Source: Candidatus Hodarchaeota archaeon
GTDB taxonomy: Archaea > Asgardarchaeota > Heimdallarchaeia > Hodarchaeales > Hodarchaeaceae
Reading direction: 5' to 3'
DNA length: 52,783 bases
Assembly (NCBI GenBank): GCA_029856365.1
Contig: JAHQWW010000015.1
Span: forward strand, 1 to 52,783
Shown here: positions 9,872 through 19,668 of the stretch, piece by piece
Numbering within the stretch: position 1 is the first letter of the stretch
Layout: each line of letters begins with the position of its first letter
Notes under the pieces: generated by a model
What the model was told of the DNA's origin: nothing
The model's database searches: none
The model's input: only the letters and a program-made list of their open reading frames with translations
Made by a program: the position numbers and the translations under genes

Positions 9872-11527
9872 TTAACTTCTTGTCAGCTCTTGATAGATTG
9901 TTGCCTCATAGCTCTTCATTTTCTCTGCACGAAAAATATCGACTGGACTTGTTCCTACAGCTTGTTTTCTTCCTAATAGAATATCAACGACTGATTTTTG
10001 GGTATTTATATCGGGTGAATAAGCATTAATATAAGTATCAGCCCAAGGAAGATCATATAGAAGATATGGTGAACCAAATGATGTGATGATCATTCTTTCT
10101 CGATGGGTATTCATCATAAACCATAATTTACGCATGAATGTCCCTCCTATTCTGATTCTCCCCAGTCCCCAGATTGGAGTAAAAACGATATTTATTAAAA
10201 TGAATTCATACTGATTTAATTTATCAAAAAGAGGAAAAGTTTTCTCATCAAGTTCTGTTTTCGTTGTTATATCATATCCTTCGTTTTTAAGTAGCTCGTC
10301 GAATGAATCAACATTATTTTGGGGACTACTTCTAATGTGATAGGACAAAATCTTTGATCTTTTTTTAAGATTAAGCGGTATCAGGTTTTTATCATTTTTT
10401 ACCAATGTTACTGCTTTATCTGCAATTGTTTGACTTAGTTGTCTAAAGGCATTCAATTCATCTTTTTCAACTTTTTTTGGTTCTACATCTTTATACAGTC
10501 CTAATACCTCCTTTAAAGAAAGAACTCTCCTTACTGCATCATCAATACGTTTTATAAGGATTTTATTTTCTGCAAATGCCTTTTTTAGTATAGCAAAGTC
10601 TCTTTTCACCTCAGAAAACAATATCATGTCACATCCAGCATTAATCGTTTCAACCAGAATCTCTTCGATTGGTTTATAACTTGTTAAACCTGCCATCTCA
10701 ATTGCATCTGTAATGATTAGTCCATCAAAGCCCATTTTATTACGTAATAAATCAGTGACAAGTGCTTTACTCACTTGTGCTGGGATATTTGTTTCATTAT
10801 TATTTGTTTCAAATGCTGGAAGAGCAATGTGACCGATCATCACTGCCCACACCCCAAGATCTATTGCAGCCTGAAATGGTTTCCCACTAATCTTAATCCA
10901 ATCATCCTGTGATAATGGATTAACAACTGTACAGATATGTGGATCCCTATCGTCCAAACCATCACCAGGAAAATGCTTAATGGTAGCACATAGACCGTTT
11001 TCTTGCATGCCTTGAATCAAAGCACAAGATAATCGACTAATTTTGTCTGGATTATCACCAAGGCTTCTAGTATTGGTTATGGGATTATCTGGGTTTGCAT
11101 TAACATCAACAATTGGTCCAAAGGCCCAATGAACTCCATAAGATCGTCCTTCGAGAGCACTAGATCGCCCCATACCATAAGCAAGCGATTCATCATCAGT
11201 AGCGGATAGTGACATAAGATCAGGAAAAACTGTTGTACCCTGAATCATATTGCCTGGCCCATTCTCTAAATCTGATGAGATTATGACAGGCGTTTTAGAA
11301 TGTTGTTGAAGAAAAGTGATCGTTTTTGAGAAGTTTTCAGCAGTGCTAGGAAAAAGAAATACACCACCAACATCGATATCTAATAGAAGTTTCTTTATTT
11401 CGGAAGGAGACGTCATAGGATTGATGCTAGGGTGAAGTAATTGGCCAATTTTTTCCTCTAGTGTTAATGAATTAAGTTTATTTGTTACCCATTCAGAATA
11501 AAGGTTTAATGGCTTGAATTTCCTCAT
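9872..11527 (-). CDS. Glycoside hydrolase family 3, beta-N-acetylglucosaminidase type
   Basis: LTLEEKIGQL, SDLENG, KHFPGDG...DPH, nucleophile ITDAIEM, C-terminal GH3 domain SFGSPY. Confidence 0.9.
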   Translation of the reverse strand: MRKFKPLNLYSEWVTNKLNSLTLEEKIGQLLHPSINPMTSPSEIKKLLLDIDVGGVFLFPSTAENFSKTITFLQQHSKTPVIISSDLENGPGNMIQGTTVFPDLMSLSATDDESLAYGMGRSSALEGRSYGVHWAFGPIVDVNANPDNPITNTRSLGDNPDKISRLSCALIQGMQENGLCATIKHFPGDGLDDRDPHICTVVNPLSQDDWIKISGKPFQAAIDLGVWAVMIGHIALPAFETNNNETNIPAQVSKALVTDLLRNKMGFDGLIITDAIEMAGLTSYKPIEEILVETINAGCDMILFSEVKRDFAILKKAFAENKILIKRIDDAVRRVLSLKEVLGLYKDVEPKKVEKDELNAFRQLSQTIADKAVTLVKNDKNLIPLNLKKRSKILSYHIRSSPQNNVDSFDELLKNEGYDITTKTELDEKTFPLFDKLNQYEFILINIVFTPIWGLGRIRIGGTFMRKLWFMMNTHRERMIITSFGSPYLLYDLPWADTYINAYSPDINTQKSVVDILLGRKQAVGTSPVDIFRAEKMKSYEATIYQELTRS

Positions 11528-12002
11528 TTCTTTCTTCCTCAGAGTATTGGTACGTATTTTACATGTTTTGAAAAATATTTAGGTTTTCTTATGATTTATA
11601 ATGCAAACAAAAGGGAGTAATGATAGGATTAGATCCCCTACTCATCTCAAATATAGACTTTAAGGCGTTAAGAAAAAAAAGCAGATAAAATATATATAAA
11701 GAAAACTCATGTTAGTTTTGGCTGCTGAAATCTGAACTTGAAAGAGGAATTTGTCTTGGGAGATCGAAGTATACTCCTAAGTGTTGTGGGCTATCTGTAT
11801 CTCCAACTTGTTTTCAATATAGTGATGTTACTGGCCTTTTATATTTTAGTGGAACATCCTTTTGTTAATCTTGATCCTGATATTGGGTCACCTAATATTT
11901 GGCTTATCAGCTTAAGCTTTTCTGTCACCCATATCGTTATTATTTATTCAGAATGAAAACCATAGTTAAAAGATTCAGCTTGAATATTACTCAGCATATC
12001 TT

Positions 12003-12335
12003 TCATTTGATATCCTTTAACATCTGTTTCAGATTGGAAGCATAATCCCTAAAAGCTTCCGCCCCTTTAGGAGTTATCTCAACAACATTTAGTGGTCGCC
12101 ACAAAAATTTTTTTCGCATTATAACGTAACCTACTCCTTCTAGTTTTTTAATATGATGATCTAAATTACCAGGGGTGAGTTTTAACAGACGTTGGAGCTC
12201 AGTAAATCCAACTGTTTTATTAAGATACATTAAAAACATAATTGTGAAACGAGGTTGATCAGAAAAAACTTCTTTCTTAAGAATGATCTGCGAAGACTGG
12301 ATGACGTTACTTTCCATCCCCTTGTCATTAGCCAT
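12003..12335 (-). CDS. Winged helix-turn-helix transcriptional regulator (MarR/ArsR-like)
   Basis: R..IM..L....V.FTELQRLL.LTPGNL.HH.KKLE..GY. Confidence 0.85.
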   Translation of the reverse strand: MANDKGMESNVIQSSQIILKKEVFSDQPRFTIMFLMYLNKTVGFTELQRLLKLTPGNLDHHIKKLEGVGYVIMRKKFLWRPLNVVEITPKGAEAFRDYASNLKQMLKDIK

Positions 12336-12991
12336 TATTCATTCCCACTAAGGATGTCCGTCGCAATTGTAAACGAATAAAAACCACCAGCTAGAAAACT
12401 AACGGAGTAAATAATTACTGTTGCTATTCTTGCTAACTCAACATCAGTCATAACCAGTACTACTAATGGTATTGAAGATATTAATAATATTACTCCTACA
12501 ACAATAAGTTCTGGGAAGGTATCATGATATTTCTTTAAAATTAAAAATGAAATGATAATAGCAAACCCAGCAGCCCAGACTGTTGAGATCACTGATAGCG
12601 GTTCTGGAATAAAACTAAAAACAAAAATGAATGATATGAACCATACAAAAGCAATCATTATTCCGTGCATGCTGCTTTCTTTTGGGGATTCTGCAGTCTG
12701 ATCTTCTTTAGTTTTCAGTATTCTTGATGCTGAAATGAAGTTGTATATAGTAAATCCTATCCCGATAAGGATCATTATAGCTGAAACCAAAAGTGTAAAT
12801 GTTTCTACACTAATTTCAAGAAGAGCAGATAATGCTTGACGATTGAAATAGAATACTAACCCTATTGGTGTCAGGATCCCCCATATAATCAAAGTTTTAC
12901 CCCATGCTTTCCGAGCTAAGTAATTCGAATACCTTTCTATAATGAGAAGTGCCTCATTAACCTTTTGAATCTCTTCCATAAATAACCACAA
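12335..12991 (-). CDS. Multi-pass membrane protein translationally coupled to the wHTH regulator
   Basis: About 6 TM helices; its stop overlaps the regulator start. Confidence 0.75.
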   Translation of the reverse strand: MWLFMEEIQKVNEALLIIERYSNYLARKAWGKTLIIWGILTPIGLVFYFNRQALSALLEISVETFTLLVSAIMILIGIGFTIYNFISASRILKTKEDQTAESPKESSMHGIMIAFVWFISFIFVFSFIPEPLSVISTVWAAGFAIIISFLILKKYHDTFPELIVVGVILLISSIPLVVLVMTDVELARIATVIIYSVSFLAGGFYSFTIATDILSGNE

Positions 12992-13030
12992 TTCAGTAAA
13001 TCTTTCATTATCATTTAAGCGTTTAGCTTT

Positions 13031-13065
13031 TTCTGCATCACAGAACTTATTTCTGTAAAGCAGAA
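13031..13065. promoter_or_regulatory. Tandem palindromic operator TTCTG-N5-CAGAA x2
   Basis: TTCTG catca CAGAA cttat TTCTG taaag CAGAA in the divergent intergenic region. Confidence 0.6.
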
Positions 13066-13127
13066 ATTACTACTATTTTATATTAATTGCTTCATCTTTC
13101 TATCCAGAATTATTAGGAAATGTAAAA

Positions 13128-14060
13128 ATGATGAAAGCGTTAAGAATACATGATTTACACAAAAAATATAATGATACAGAAGTTCTGAAAGGAGTATCAT
13201 TAAGTGTTAATCAAGGGGAAATGTACGCCCTCATGGGCCCAAATGGCTCCGGGAAAACGACATTAACATCTATTATTGCTTGCACCAATACACCTACGAG
13301 CGGGTTAATAGAAGTTTTTGGCTTTGATAGTGTTAAAGATGCCAAAAAAGTCAAAGAAGTGATTGGTTATGTTCCTCAAGAAAAATTCTCTAGTCCACTA
13401 ATGACTGGGGAAGAGAATTTACTCTATTTTTTTAGACTTCAAGGAATGTCTAAACAAGAAGCTCGAAAGATGAGTAAGGAATTACTACAGAGAATGGATC
13501 TAGCAAGAGATGCTAATAAAAGAGTTTCTCAATATAGCGGCGGTATGAGAAAAAAACTAGAAGTAGCAACTGCGCTCCTTCCTGGGGTTAGGCTTTTAAT
13601 CCTAGATGAACCAACAACAGGTCTTGATCCTTCTACTCGAAAAAAATTTCTGTCAAAAATTCAGGAGATAAGAAAAGAAGGAGTTACAGTTTTTTTTGTC
13701 ACCCATATTGGAGAAGATGCGGAAATAGCATCTAAAGTAGGGCTTATTGATAAAGGCATTTTGATGATTGAAGAAAAACCAGAGATTTTAAGAAAAAAAA
13801 CTGGATTATTACATGTCATAAGCATAGAAACATCAACAAAGAATGATCTAGTTTATAGAACACTTGAAAACACTATTAATAACGGTAAGTTAGTGGAAAC
13901 AAATAAGGGTTACAAGTTTTATTGTAAAGAACCTGAAGAAATTTTAGAGGTTATGATTAGAAATCTGGGGAAAATTGGGTGTAAAACTACACGTATTGAA
14001 ACAACAGTTCCTTCTTTAGAAGATGTGTTTTTCAAGCTCACAGAAAAAGAACTGAGGTAA
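13128..14060 (+). CDS. ABC-2 type exporter ATP-binding subunit (DrrA-like)
   Basis: GPNGSGKTT, YSGGM, LDEPTTGLD, SLEDVF. Confidence 0.95.
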   Translation: MMKALRIHDLHKKYNDTEVLKGVSLSVNQGEMYALMGPNGSGKTTLTSIIACTNTPTSGLIEVFGFDSVKDAKKVKEVIGYVPQEKFSSPLMTGEENLLYFFRLQGMSKQEARKMSKELLQRMDLARDANKRVSQYSGGMRKKLEVATALLPGVRLLILDEPTTGLDPSTRKKFLSKIQEIRKEGVTVFFVTHIGEDAEIASKVGLIDKGILMIEEKPEILRKKTGLLHVISIETSTKNDLVYRTLENTINNGKLVETNKGYKFYCKEPEEILEVMIRNLGKIGCKTTRIETTVPSLEDVFFKLTEKELR

Positions 14061-14067
14061 TACCAAG

Positions 14068-14841
14068 ATGAACCCAATATTAGTGAGTATGAATAGAACT
14101 CTTAAAGAATATACAAGAAATAGGATGATAATTGTATCAACTCTGGCTGTACCTTTATTTTTTTTAATATTGCTACCTGTTACAATAATTGATATTCCTG
14201 ACGTATTATTGCCCCAGTTAAAAGGATTTATAACTTTAACAATGATAACTTTGTTGATAATGAGTGCAACTCAAGCAAATCTGGCTGGTTTCATAGCAGC
14301 TGATCGAGAAAGGGGATTATATAGAAAAATTATGTCAATGCCAGTTGCACTTTGGAAGGAATGTACTGGCAGAATATTGGCTGTAGGGATTTTCTCATTT
14401 GTTTCTATGATTTTATTAGTATTATTAGGCCTAATTTACGGAGCAAAGTTCGATTTTGAAGTAATAGAAATAATAATGTGCCTAGGATTTTTACTACTTA
14501 TAGGACTGGCTGGAGTAGGTACTGGCTTAATTATTGCCTCTTTCGTTAAGAATGAATCTGTGGCAACCCATATGGGAGTAGCCCTGACGCTGGTTATATT
14601 TTTTCTTGGTGGGATGGCTATCCCTTTTTCAGATCTCCCAAATTTAATTCAATTATTCGCCCAAGTCCATCCAGTATCTTCAGCAACAGCATCAATTGTC
14701 TATCTTCTAATAGATGAGAACTTTGTTGGCTATAATCCCTTAAATATAGGTCAAGTAATACTCACATCGTTATTATCATCAATATTATTCTTCATTGGAA
14801 TTATTCTCTACTCTAACTACTTTTGCAGAAGAAGATCATAG
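14068..14841 (+). CDS. ABC-2 type exporter permease
   Basis: 6 TM helices, DRERG...MP motif, adjacent to the ATPase. Confidence 0.9.
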   Translation: MNPILVSMNRTLKEYTRNRMIIVSTLAVPLFFLILLPVTIIDIPDVLLPQLKGFITLTMITLLIMSATQANLAGFIAADRERGLYRKIMSMPVALWKECTGRILAVGIFSFVSMILLVLLGLIYGAKFDFEVIEIIMCLGFLLLIGLAGVGTGLIIASFVKNESVATHMGVALTLVIFFLGGMAIPFSDLPNLIQLFAQVHPVSSATASIVYLLIDENFVGYNPLNIGQVILTSLLSSILFFIGIILYSNYFCRRRS

Positions 14842-15100
14842 TACATTTCTCAATAAATAAGGAAAAGAGTAAGTAATATTTAGTAGATAGCCTAAAATAT
14901 GAGGTATAGAAGTACTGAGTAAAGTCAAGAAGGAGGTGTCATGAGGATCGTAAATTCACTACTTAATATTAGAGGTTAAATTAACCAAACATTTCATTCT
15001 TTTAATGCAAGTACAAAGATAATGATGTGCTGGAGGAGAAAGTTATTATAAATAAAAGATATTTTCGTAAGGATTTGTACTAAAGAAAATAATAATTCAA

Positions 15101-15985
15101 TTATTTTTTGAATGGATTTGGGATCAATACAGGAGTATTTTTTTTGTATTCCTCGTAATCATCTTGACCCCCCCACTTTTCATCAGCATGTTTCTCAAGT
15201 AAAGGAATACCACTTACCTTAGTCAAAAGTAATGTGACAAATACAGGAGATATTAATGTCATCCATCTCCAACCCTGAAGTGTAGGAAGTGCAATTATTG
15301 CGATACCTACCCAGATGAGAATCTCTCCAAAATAATTAGGATGTCGTGATATTGACCATAATCCTGTATTAATAAACTTACCTTTATTTTCTGGAATAGA
15401 TCTGAATTTACTCTTCTGATAATCTGCAAAAGCTTCAAATCCAAAGCCTAGGATCCAAATCATAAGACCAATTAAACCAATCATGCCAAATTCCACTCTC
15501 TGTTCTACTGTTATCGCTGCTAATGCAGCTGCTAATGTAAAACTGACCCATAGACCTTGGAGAGTCCAAGTCAGCAGAAAACGTGGACCAGATTGTTTGA
15601 TCTCCTTGAAGCGTTTGTCTTCACCCTCTTTCAGAATCCTCCTAAACAAGAAAGTACCAAGACGAATCGCCCAGATCAAGACCAATACCATCAGTAAAAT
15701 AGATCGTATATCGATTTCGGGACTCAAAACAACTGATAAAATTATTACAGTAATGTAAGTTAAAGAGCCAGTCAGATCAAAGAATTTCTCTGTACTTTTG
15801 ATATAAGCAGGTATGAAAGCAATCCCTTGAATTATAAAGGCAATAGCTACCCCAAATGCAAATAATGGTATTCCACCCAGAACGATCACGCCTCCTTGGC
15901 TTCCTGCGAGTGCAAGACATGTGGCAATAAATAAAATTATGGGTATAGCAACCAACGGCTGGATATCATTCTCATTCATTTTCAA
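15101..15985 (-). CDS. DUF1295 / steroid 5-alpha-reductase-like membrane protein
   Basis: WAIRLG.FL..RI, EDKRF, E..ADYQK..F, TGLW..SRHPNYFGE, VSGIPLLE. Confidence 0.9.
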   Translation of the reverse strand: MKMNENDIQPLVAIPIILFIATCLALAGSQGGVIVLGGIPLFAFGVAIAFIIQGIAFIPAYIKSTEKFFDLTGSLTYITVIILSVVLSPEIDIRSILLMVLVLIWAIRLGTFLFRRILKEGEDKRFKEIKQSGPRFLLTWTLQGLWVSFTLAAALAAITVEQRVEFGMIGLIGLMIWILGFGFEAFADYQKSKFRSIPENKGKFINTGLWSISRHPNYFGEILIWVGIAIIALPTLQGWRWMTLISPVFVTLLLTKVSGIPLLEKHADEKWGGQDDYEEYKKNTPVLIPNPFKK

Positions 15986-16027
15986 TCATCCTTTGTTGCA
16001 GAATTATTATAGCAGTTCTCTTTTTTC

Positions 16028-16633
16028 TCATATATTTTGGGATTCTAGATAGCTTTTCAGTTGGCTATCAGGAACACTGACTAATATCTTTTGAATATTC
16101 CTGGTTTTCTTGATTGTGTCCTCCGTTATAATCTCTGGATTAATGGGCGATCGTAAGTGATACTCAAGAAATTGGAAAAAATATTTTTCTGTTAAGATCA
16201 AGAGATCTCGTATGTTACACATGATTTGATTAACAATCTTTCGAGCAGTGATATAAAACTCTTCATTTTCTATCCACCCCTTCCTTTTGGAATATTGTTG
16301 GAAAGTCATTACTTTTCCGAAAACAATCTTCACTTTAGCCCTATATTTGGGAATCCTTTGCCCTTCTCCTAATGCCTCTGCTGATCCCTTTATATAGACA
16401 GGGATAACCGGGGCAGCTCCATTCATAAGTAGAATTAGACGGCCAACGCCTGTCCTCCCTTCTTTATGTAACTTCATATAATTTTCAAGGGTACTTCGAG
16501 CTCTACGACCCCCTTGTGGGCTTATATATAAAGCTAAACCTGCTTTCAAAGATTGCAATGCATTTTCCAATGCTGGTTCTGGATTTTCTGGATAAACAGG
16601 AAAAGCGCCAAAATAATGTAACAACATTTCCAA
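16028..16633 (-). pseudogene. PlsC-type lysophospholipid acyltransferase, N-terminally truncated
   Basis: GAFPV, ISPQGGR (FPEGTR block) and VIPV present; catalytic NHxxxxD block absent and the upstream frame is closed by TAG. Confidence 0.65.
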
Positions 16634-16947
16634 TAGCTATATCCTGAACGTATTCTATATTCAAAGCAGATTCTAGTATGAACTCCCCTTTAATAACATT
16701 TCAGCAAAGTGTTTTTAAATTACATGTCCAAAATACTGGTAAAGATAATGAAGACTGAAAAGATTAAAGTATTGTTCCTTTCACTTCTATTAACGGGGTT
16801 GATTAGTTGGGGATTCTAACAAGAACTTCACTATACGTGACAATAAATTTTTAGCTAAAGTAATCATCCGTATTCTTACGCTAATTTTGATTATTTAAAG
16901 CCTCATCTGGGATTACTATCAGAAGTCAACATGAGTCTTTAGGCGAA

Positions 16948-17262
16948 GTGCAAATGACTAGTAATCCTGAAATTCCTGTTACAAATCTCCCGTTTCTTGA
17001 TGAAATTTTTTTAAACAGTCCTTTATGCCAAATCTGTGAATATGCAAGTATTTTTGGGGGAGTTTGCTCACTTCTGCTAAATCGAAGGATTCCAGTGAAT
17101 TTAATTGTCAAAAACTCTCAAATTGTGAGCTGCTCTGCACATCGTAACTGGATTCAAACTATAGGAGAACTTGGGGAATCTAGTCATTGGAATGAATTTA
17201 ATGAATGTGATGATGAGGACGAAATATCTAAACTAGATCAGGGTCAAGATCCATCAGGATAG
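16948..17262 (+). CDS. Small putative Zn-binding protein with acidic tail
   Basis: CQIC...C...CSAH; 5 bp upstream of the next gene. Confidence 0.6.
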   Translation: MQMTSNPEIPVTNLPFLDEIFLNSPLCQICEYASIFGGVCSLLLNRRIPVNLIVKNSQIVSCSAHRNWIQTIGELGESSHWNEFNECDDEDEISKLDQGQDPSG

Positions 17263-17267
17263 TTAAT

Positions 17268-19190
17268 TTGATGAATACAATGGAAGAATCTCCTCCTTTG
17301 GGAAAACTCAAATTTGATCCTTCTTTACAAGAACAGATTCTTCTTTCAAAAGTCCACAACAACAATTTATTAGTAGTATACTCCTTTGAGGAGGCTCTGA
17401 TACGCATTCAGGCGTTAATTATACTATTTTTCATCAATCAACATTCCAATCATCAAAACTCAAGAGTTCTGATCTTAACAAAAAGGGATAAACAACAGAA
17501 ATCTCGAACTCTCTTAAAATCCCATTTAACACAACCTACTACGGTTCTTAACGGATCTATCCTTCCAAATGCCAGAAAATTCGACTATAGTCGTTATTCA
17601 GTAATTTTTTCTACTCCTAGAACTGCAAAAAACGACCTGAAAGAAGAATTTTTCTTAACTAATCATTTTTCTCTAATAATGGTTGATCAGGCGGAGATGG
17701 GGTCTTCATCGAGCTCACTTAGGTACTTAGTTAATAAATTAACCAATTTTCGTATGATTGGATTCACCAGGGTGACCTCCACAGAACAGTTAGAAAATAT
17801 TTGTAAAAACCTTCAACTAACTGAAGTAGTTCAGTTAGAAGAACCATTTTCAGCACGCGAAAGATCAAACATCCAGCATTACTCCATCCCCTTACCTCAA
17901 GAATACTTTTTCTTGCTTGAGATTTTAAACCGAATAAAAGAACATGAATTGGAGGAATTAGCAAAATTAGGTTTCAATGTTTCCTCTAAAAGTACCTATC
18001 GTGATATCACTGCGATTCATGAAGGTATTAAAGAAGATAACAGTACGAAGCAACTCATCCGTACATCTAACCTACTTCGAATTATGACTCTCCAAAAGAT
18101 CATCATTTCTCAAGGATTTCCCGCAGCTCTCAATTATTTTCACACTCTTGAATCACAGCTGGAAAAAGATCAAAAATTCCAAGGAAAGCAAAGTATTATT
18201 GAGTTTCTTAACGATTTAAAAATCAAGAAGCTGCAGGAATTTCTTGAAGTTCACAAGGATCTCCAACACCCTAAGTTAAATTTCCTCTTGAAAATAATAT
18301 CCCAATACCAAACTGGTATTTCCATTGTTAGTCATAATTATTACAATGCTGCTTATTTAAAGGATTATATAAGTCTACAGGGTTTTTCAGTAATCCAAAT
18401 AAATGACCCTGTCAGTTCTCTGTCAGATATCGACCTAGAACGAGCTATTTTACCACTTACAGAAAAAAAGGTTAACGTTTGTATTACAAATAATGTCAAT
18501 GAGATTATTGCTCGAAATGCTGAAGTAATCATTGCTTATTCTGTTACAGCTGATACCGTTGACACTCTGAATAATTTGAGTGTTAACATTCCTAAAGTTT
18601 TCTTATTATCAAAACAAACAAATGAAGAAGCCAGGTTATTTTATTTAAAAAAATTAGGTTCTAAGTCTCAGAAACAGATTTTAAACCTTAATGTTCTGAA
18701 TGAGAATTTAGAGAAACTAAAGGGAGATGGTTCTAGAATAAAACAAACTGTGGATCTAAAATCACTTGGTTCTTCCAGTAATGATGATTTATTGGATTCA
18801 AACGTCTCTATAGTCTTTAATAAGAAATTATTTGAGCTTGGAATCCCCTATTTGTTTTCGAAACAAGAATATTCAATTCATTCAAATGATAACTTTATTT
18901 TCCCTGGCTTTATTCTAGATCAAAAAATCTGTTTCCTATTACTAACTCCTGATACTATTGATTTCTTTCTGTCCTCAAAACCTCAACAATTTTTCAGTAT
19001 ATTATTTAAAGAATTTTCACATGTTCATTTGATCATTTTCCCTCACAGCTTAGCTAGCCTTAGTCTTGACTTTCGATGCGACATTCTTCATGCTGCTAAT
19101 CACCATAATGTATGGATATCTTTTCTCACTCAAGATCAAGATATTCCTAAGTTAGTCAAACGAGTTATTGACAAACCAATGTATACGTAA
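17268..19190 (+). CDS. Hef/FANCM/XPF-like protein with degenerate SF2 helicase and degenerate ERCC4 nuclease domains
   Basis: Hef layout (NLLVV, RVLIL, VIFSTPRT..NDL, FSLIMVDQAE, RMIGFT, IC.NL, HPKL) with Walker A and DEAH lost; C-terminal IVFNKK...PGFILDQKICFLLLT lacking ERK. Confidence 0.7.
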   Translation: MMNTMEESPPLGKLKFDPSLQEQILLSKVHNNNLLVVYSFEEALIRIQALIILFFINQHSNHQNSRVLILTKRDKQQKSRTLLKSHLTQPTTVLNGSILPNARKFDYSRYSVIFSTPRTAKNDLKEEFFLTNHFSLIMVDQAEMGSSSSSLRYLVNKLTNFRMIGFTRVTSTEQLENICKNLQLTEVVQLEEPFSARERSNIQHYSIPLPQEYFFLLEILNRIKEHELEELAKLGFNVSSKSTYRDITAIHEGIKEDNSTKQLIRTSNLLRIMTLQKIIISQGFPAALNYFHTLESQLEKDQKFQGKQSIIEFLNDLKIKKLQEFLEVHKDLQHPKLNFLLKIISQYQTGISIVSHNYYNAAYLKDYISLQGFSVIQINDPVSSLSDIDLERAILPLTEKKVNVCITNNVNEIIARNAEVIIAYSVTADTVDTLNNLSVNIPKVFLLSKQTNEEARLFYLKKLGSKSQKQILNLNVLNENLEKLKGDGSRIKQTVDLKSLGSSSNDDLLDSNVSIVFNKKLFELGIPYLFSKQEYSIHSNDNFIFPGFILDQKICFLLLTPDTIDFFLSSKPQQFFSILFKEFSHVHLIIFPHSLASLSLDFRCDILHAANHHNVWISFLTQDQDIPKLVKRVIDKPMYT

Positions 19191-19233
19191 TGTAATTTTT
19201 TTTAAAGAAGTAATTACTTAGTGGAGACAAAGT

Positions 19234-19644
19234 ATGAAACTTCGGTTTATCGATGAATCGACATTCTTATATGCAGTCTTGGAGCCCATACCGGAGCTCC
19301 CAGAACATCTCCAAAAAATAAAATCTGTTGCGAGGGAGATTATCACACGGGTGAATAAAGGAGAAAATGTAGTTACTAGCGTTGTACATTTATCAGAAGT
19401 AGCAAACATTTTAGAGTCTCGTAAGAGTTTTATTGAAGCTTCCCAATTCATTTATGATTTATTAACAAAGGAATCGATTATAATTCTTGATGTGACCCAT
19501 AGCGACTATCAAGGGGCCACAGTTCTGGCACAGCGATATAAAGTTGGAATTAATGATTCATTAGCCAAAATATTAATGGATCGCTTGAATATCACTGAAA
19601 TTTACAGTTTTAACAAATATTTCGATAATTTTGATCTCAAATGA
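19234..19644 (+). CDS. PIN-domain (VapC-like) ribonuclease, possibly decaying
   Basis: RFIDES.FLYA, HLSEV..ILE, INDSL, IYSFNKYFD (Asn where Asp is usual); no antitoxin gene upstream. Confidence 0.8.
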   Translation: MKLRFIDESTFLYAVLEPIPELPEHLQKIKSVAREIITRVNKGENVVTSVVHLSEVANILESRKSFIEASQFIYDLLTKESIIILDVTHSDYQGATVLAQRYKVGINDSLAKILMDRLNITEIYSFNKYFDNFDLK

Positions 19645-19668
19645 ATAATGAAATGAAATCTCGACAGT

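Noticed and set aside
11738-11956. 72-aa hydrophobic ORF
   Set aside because: Looks like a membrane-protein fragment followed by stops; no family evidence.
14933-14979. Strong SD (GGAGGTG) followed by a 12-codon ORF
   Set aside because: Too short to support; probably a gene remnant.
16828-16840. TCAC-N5-GTGA resembling the TrmBL1/TGM motif
   Set aside because: Only 4-bp arms, which is expected by chance.
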